Part shown: positions 62,921 through 64,000 of the stretch, in pieces | How the letters are laid out: the number at the start of each line of letters is the position of its first letter | Numbering within the stretch: the stretch's first letter is position 1 | Source of the DNA: an uncultured Spirochaetota bacterium | GTDB taxonomy: Bacteria; Spirochaetota; Spirochaetia; SZUA-6; Fen-1364 | Reading direction: 5' to 3' | Assembly: GCA_963745235.1 (NCBI GenBank) | Contig: CAVUXE010000022.1 | Span: 1 to 64,000, forward strand | Length of the DNA: 64,000 nucleotides | Program-made: the position numbers and the translations under genes | The notes under the pieces: generated by a model | Seen by the model: the letters and a program-made list of their open reading frames with translations, nothing else | Told to the model about the DNA's origin: nothing | Database searches by the model: none

Positions 62921-62981
62921 ACCGCGGTATTTTGTTATATTAGCCTGTGCATATTCGGCTTTCCTTATACGGAGGTGACTG

Positions 62982-64000
62982 ATGCGACACAAATCATCCA
63001 TTGTCCTTGCCCTCCTGGGCGCTGGTCTCCTTCTGCTGTCGGTCCCCGCATTCGCCGCCGGCCCGACCACGCTGCGCGTCACTTTTGCGTGGCCGAACGT
63101 CATCGACCCGGCAATCGGGAACGACTACGCCAGCTCCTCTTCCATCGTGAATCTCTATGACACGCTGGTATTCCCGAACGCGAAGGGAGGGGTGGACCCC
63201 TGGCTGGCCACATCCTGGAACGTCTCCGCGGACGGCCGGACCTACACCTTCCATCTGCGCAGCGGCGTGCGCTTTCATGATGGCACTCTCCTCAAGGCAA
63301 GCGACGTCGTAGCCAGCTACAACCGGCTTTCGACAATCGGCCGGGGCTTCGCGTACCTGCTGACTCCGAACATCGCGGAGGTCAGAGCGCCGAACGCACG
63401 CACGGTGGTGATCACGCTGAAGGAGCCCAGCGCGCTGTTCCTGCCCAGCCTTGTCCGCCTGTACGTTGCGGATGAGGCGCTCATCAAGAAGAACACGAAG
63501 GCCGAAGGCCCGTACGGGGCAAACGGAGACTACGGGACCACGTGGCTCCAGACCCATGACGCCGGCTCGGGCCCCTACATGGTGAAGGAGTTCCCGCTGG
63601 AGCAGTACCTCCTGATGGCGAAGAACACCCGGTGGTGGGGAAAGTTCAACCCGAATGCGGCTGACACGGTCCGATTCATCGGCACCACGGAGGGCGTCAC
63701 CGTGCGGACCCTGATGCAGAACAAACAGCTGGAGATCACGGACCAGTGGCAGAGCTTCGAGGCCTACCAGGCCCTGGAGAAGATGGACGGCGTGAAGGTG
63801 GCGGCATTGCCATCCATGACGTCGTTCTATTACATGGTGAACACGAAGAAGGCCCCCACGGACGACCTGCATTTCCGCCTGGCCATGGAGTACGCCTTCG
63901 ACTACGACGCCGCCGTCGGGCTTGAAATGGCCGGGCACGAAGCAGATGGTCGGCCCTGTACCGGCCTCCCTGGCGGGGCATGACCCGAATGTCCTTGTCT
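62982..64000 (+). CDS. Family 5 ABC substrate-binding protein; frameshift ~63926, runs off window
   Basis: Signal peptide, LYDTLV, YTFHLRSGVRFHDG, GSGPY; continues WPGTKQMVGP in another frame. Confidence 0.9.

Overview
A 64 kb window from a high-GC bacterium; the rRNA looks spirochaete-like, which is my impression and not a database result. It opens with the 3' half of a 23S rRNA and a 5S rRNA. Next come an ABC-F gene and a patchwork of gene scraps, then a second, degenerate copy of the 23S 3' end, spacer and 5S that carries 21-nt palindromic insertions. Most of the rest is carbohydrate and solute uptake and catabolism: four complete ABC clusters plus a fifth binding protein cut off at the window end, putative glycoside hydrolases, LacI and ROK regulators, and a Tm-1-like/TIM-barrel pair. 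An accessory stretch (~11.8-17.2 kb) encodes a voltage-sensor-like (S1-S4) membrane domain fused to a class III adenylyl cyclase, a secreted DNase I-like protein, a stand-alone MshEN-like peptide, an MNT-HEPN pair and a V4R-like protein. Other features are a HEAT-repeat adenylyl cyclase, ald with lrp, an intact group II intron sitting on the ATG of an SDR gene, an hss-odc polyamine operon and a GH2 beta-mannosidase. About ten single-base frameshifts, mostly in short homopolymers, suggest uncorrected sequencing indels. No CRISPR array or tRNA was seen. The best novelty candidates are the voltage-sensor adenylyl cyclase, the start-codon intron, and the rRNA duplicate with its palindrome family.
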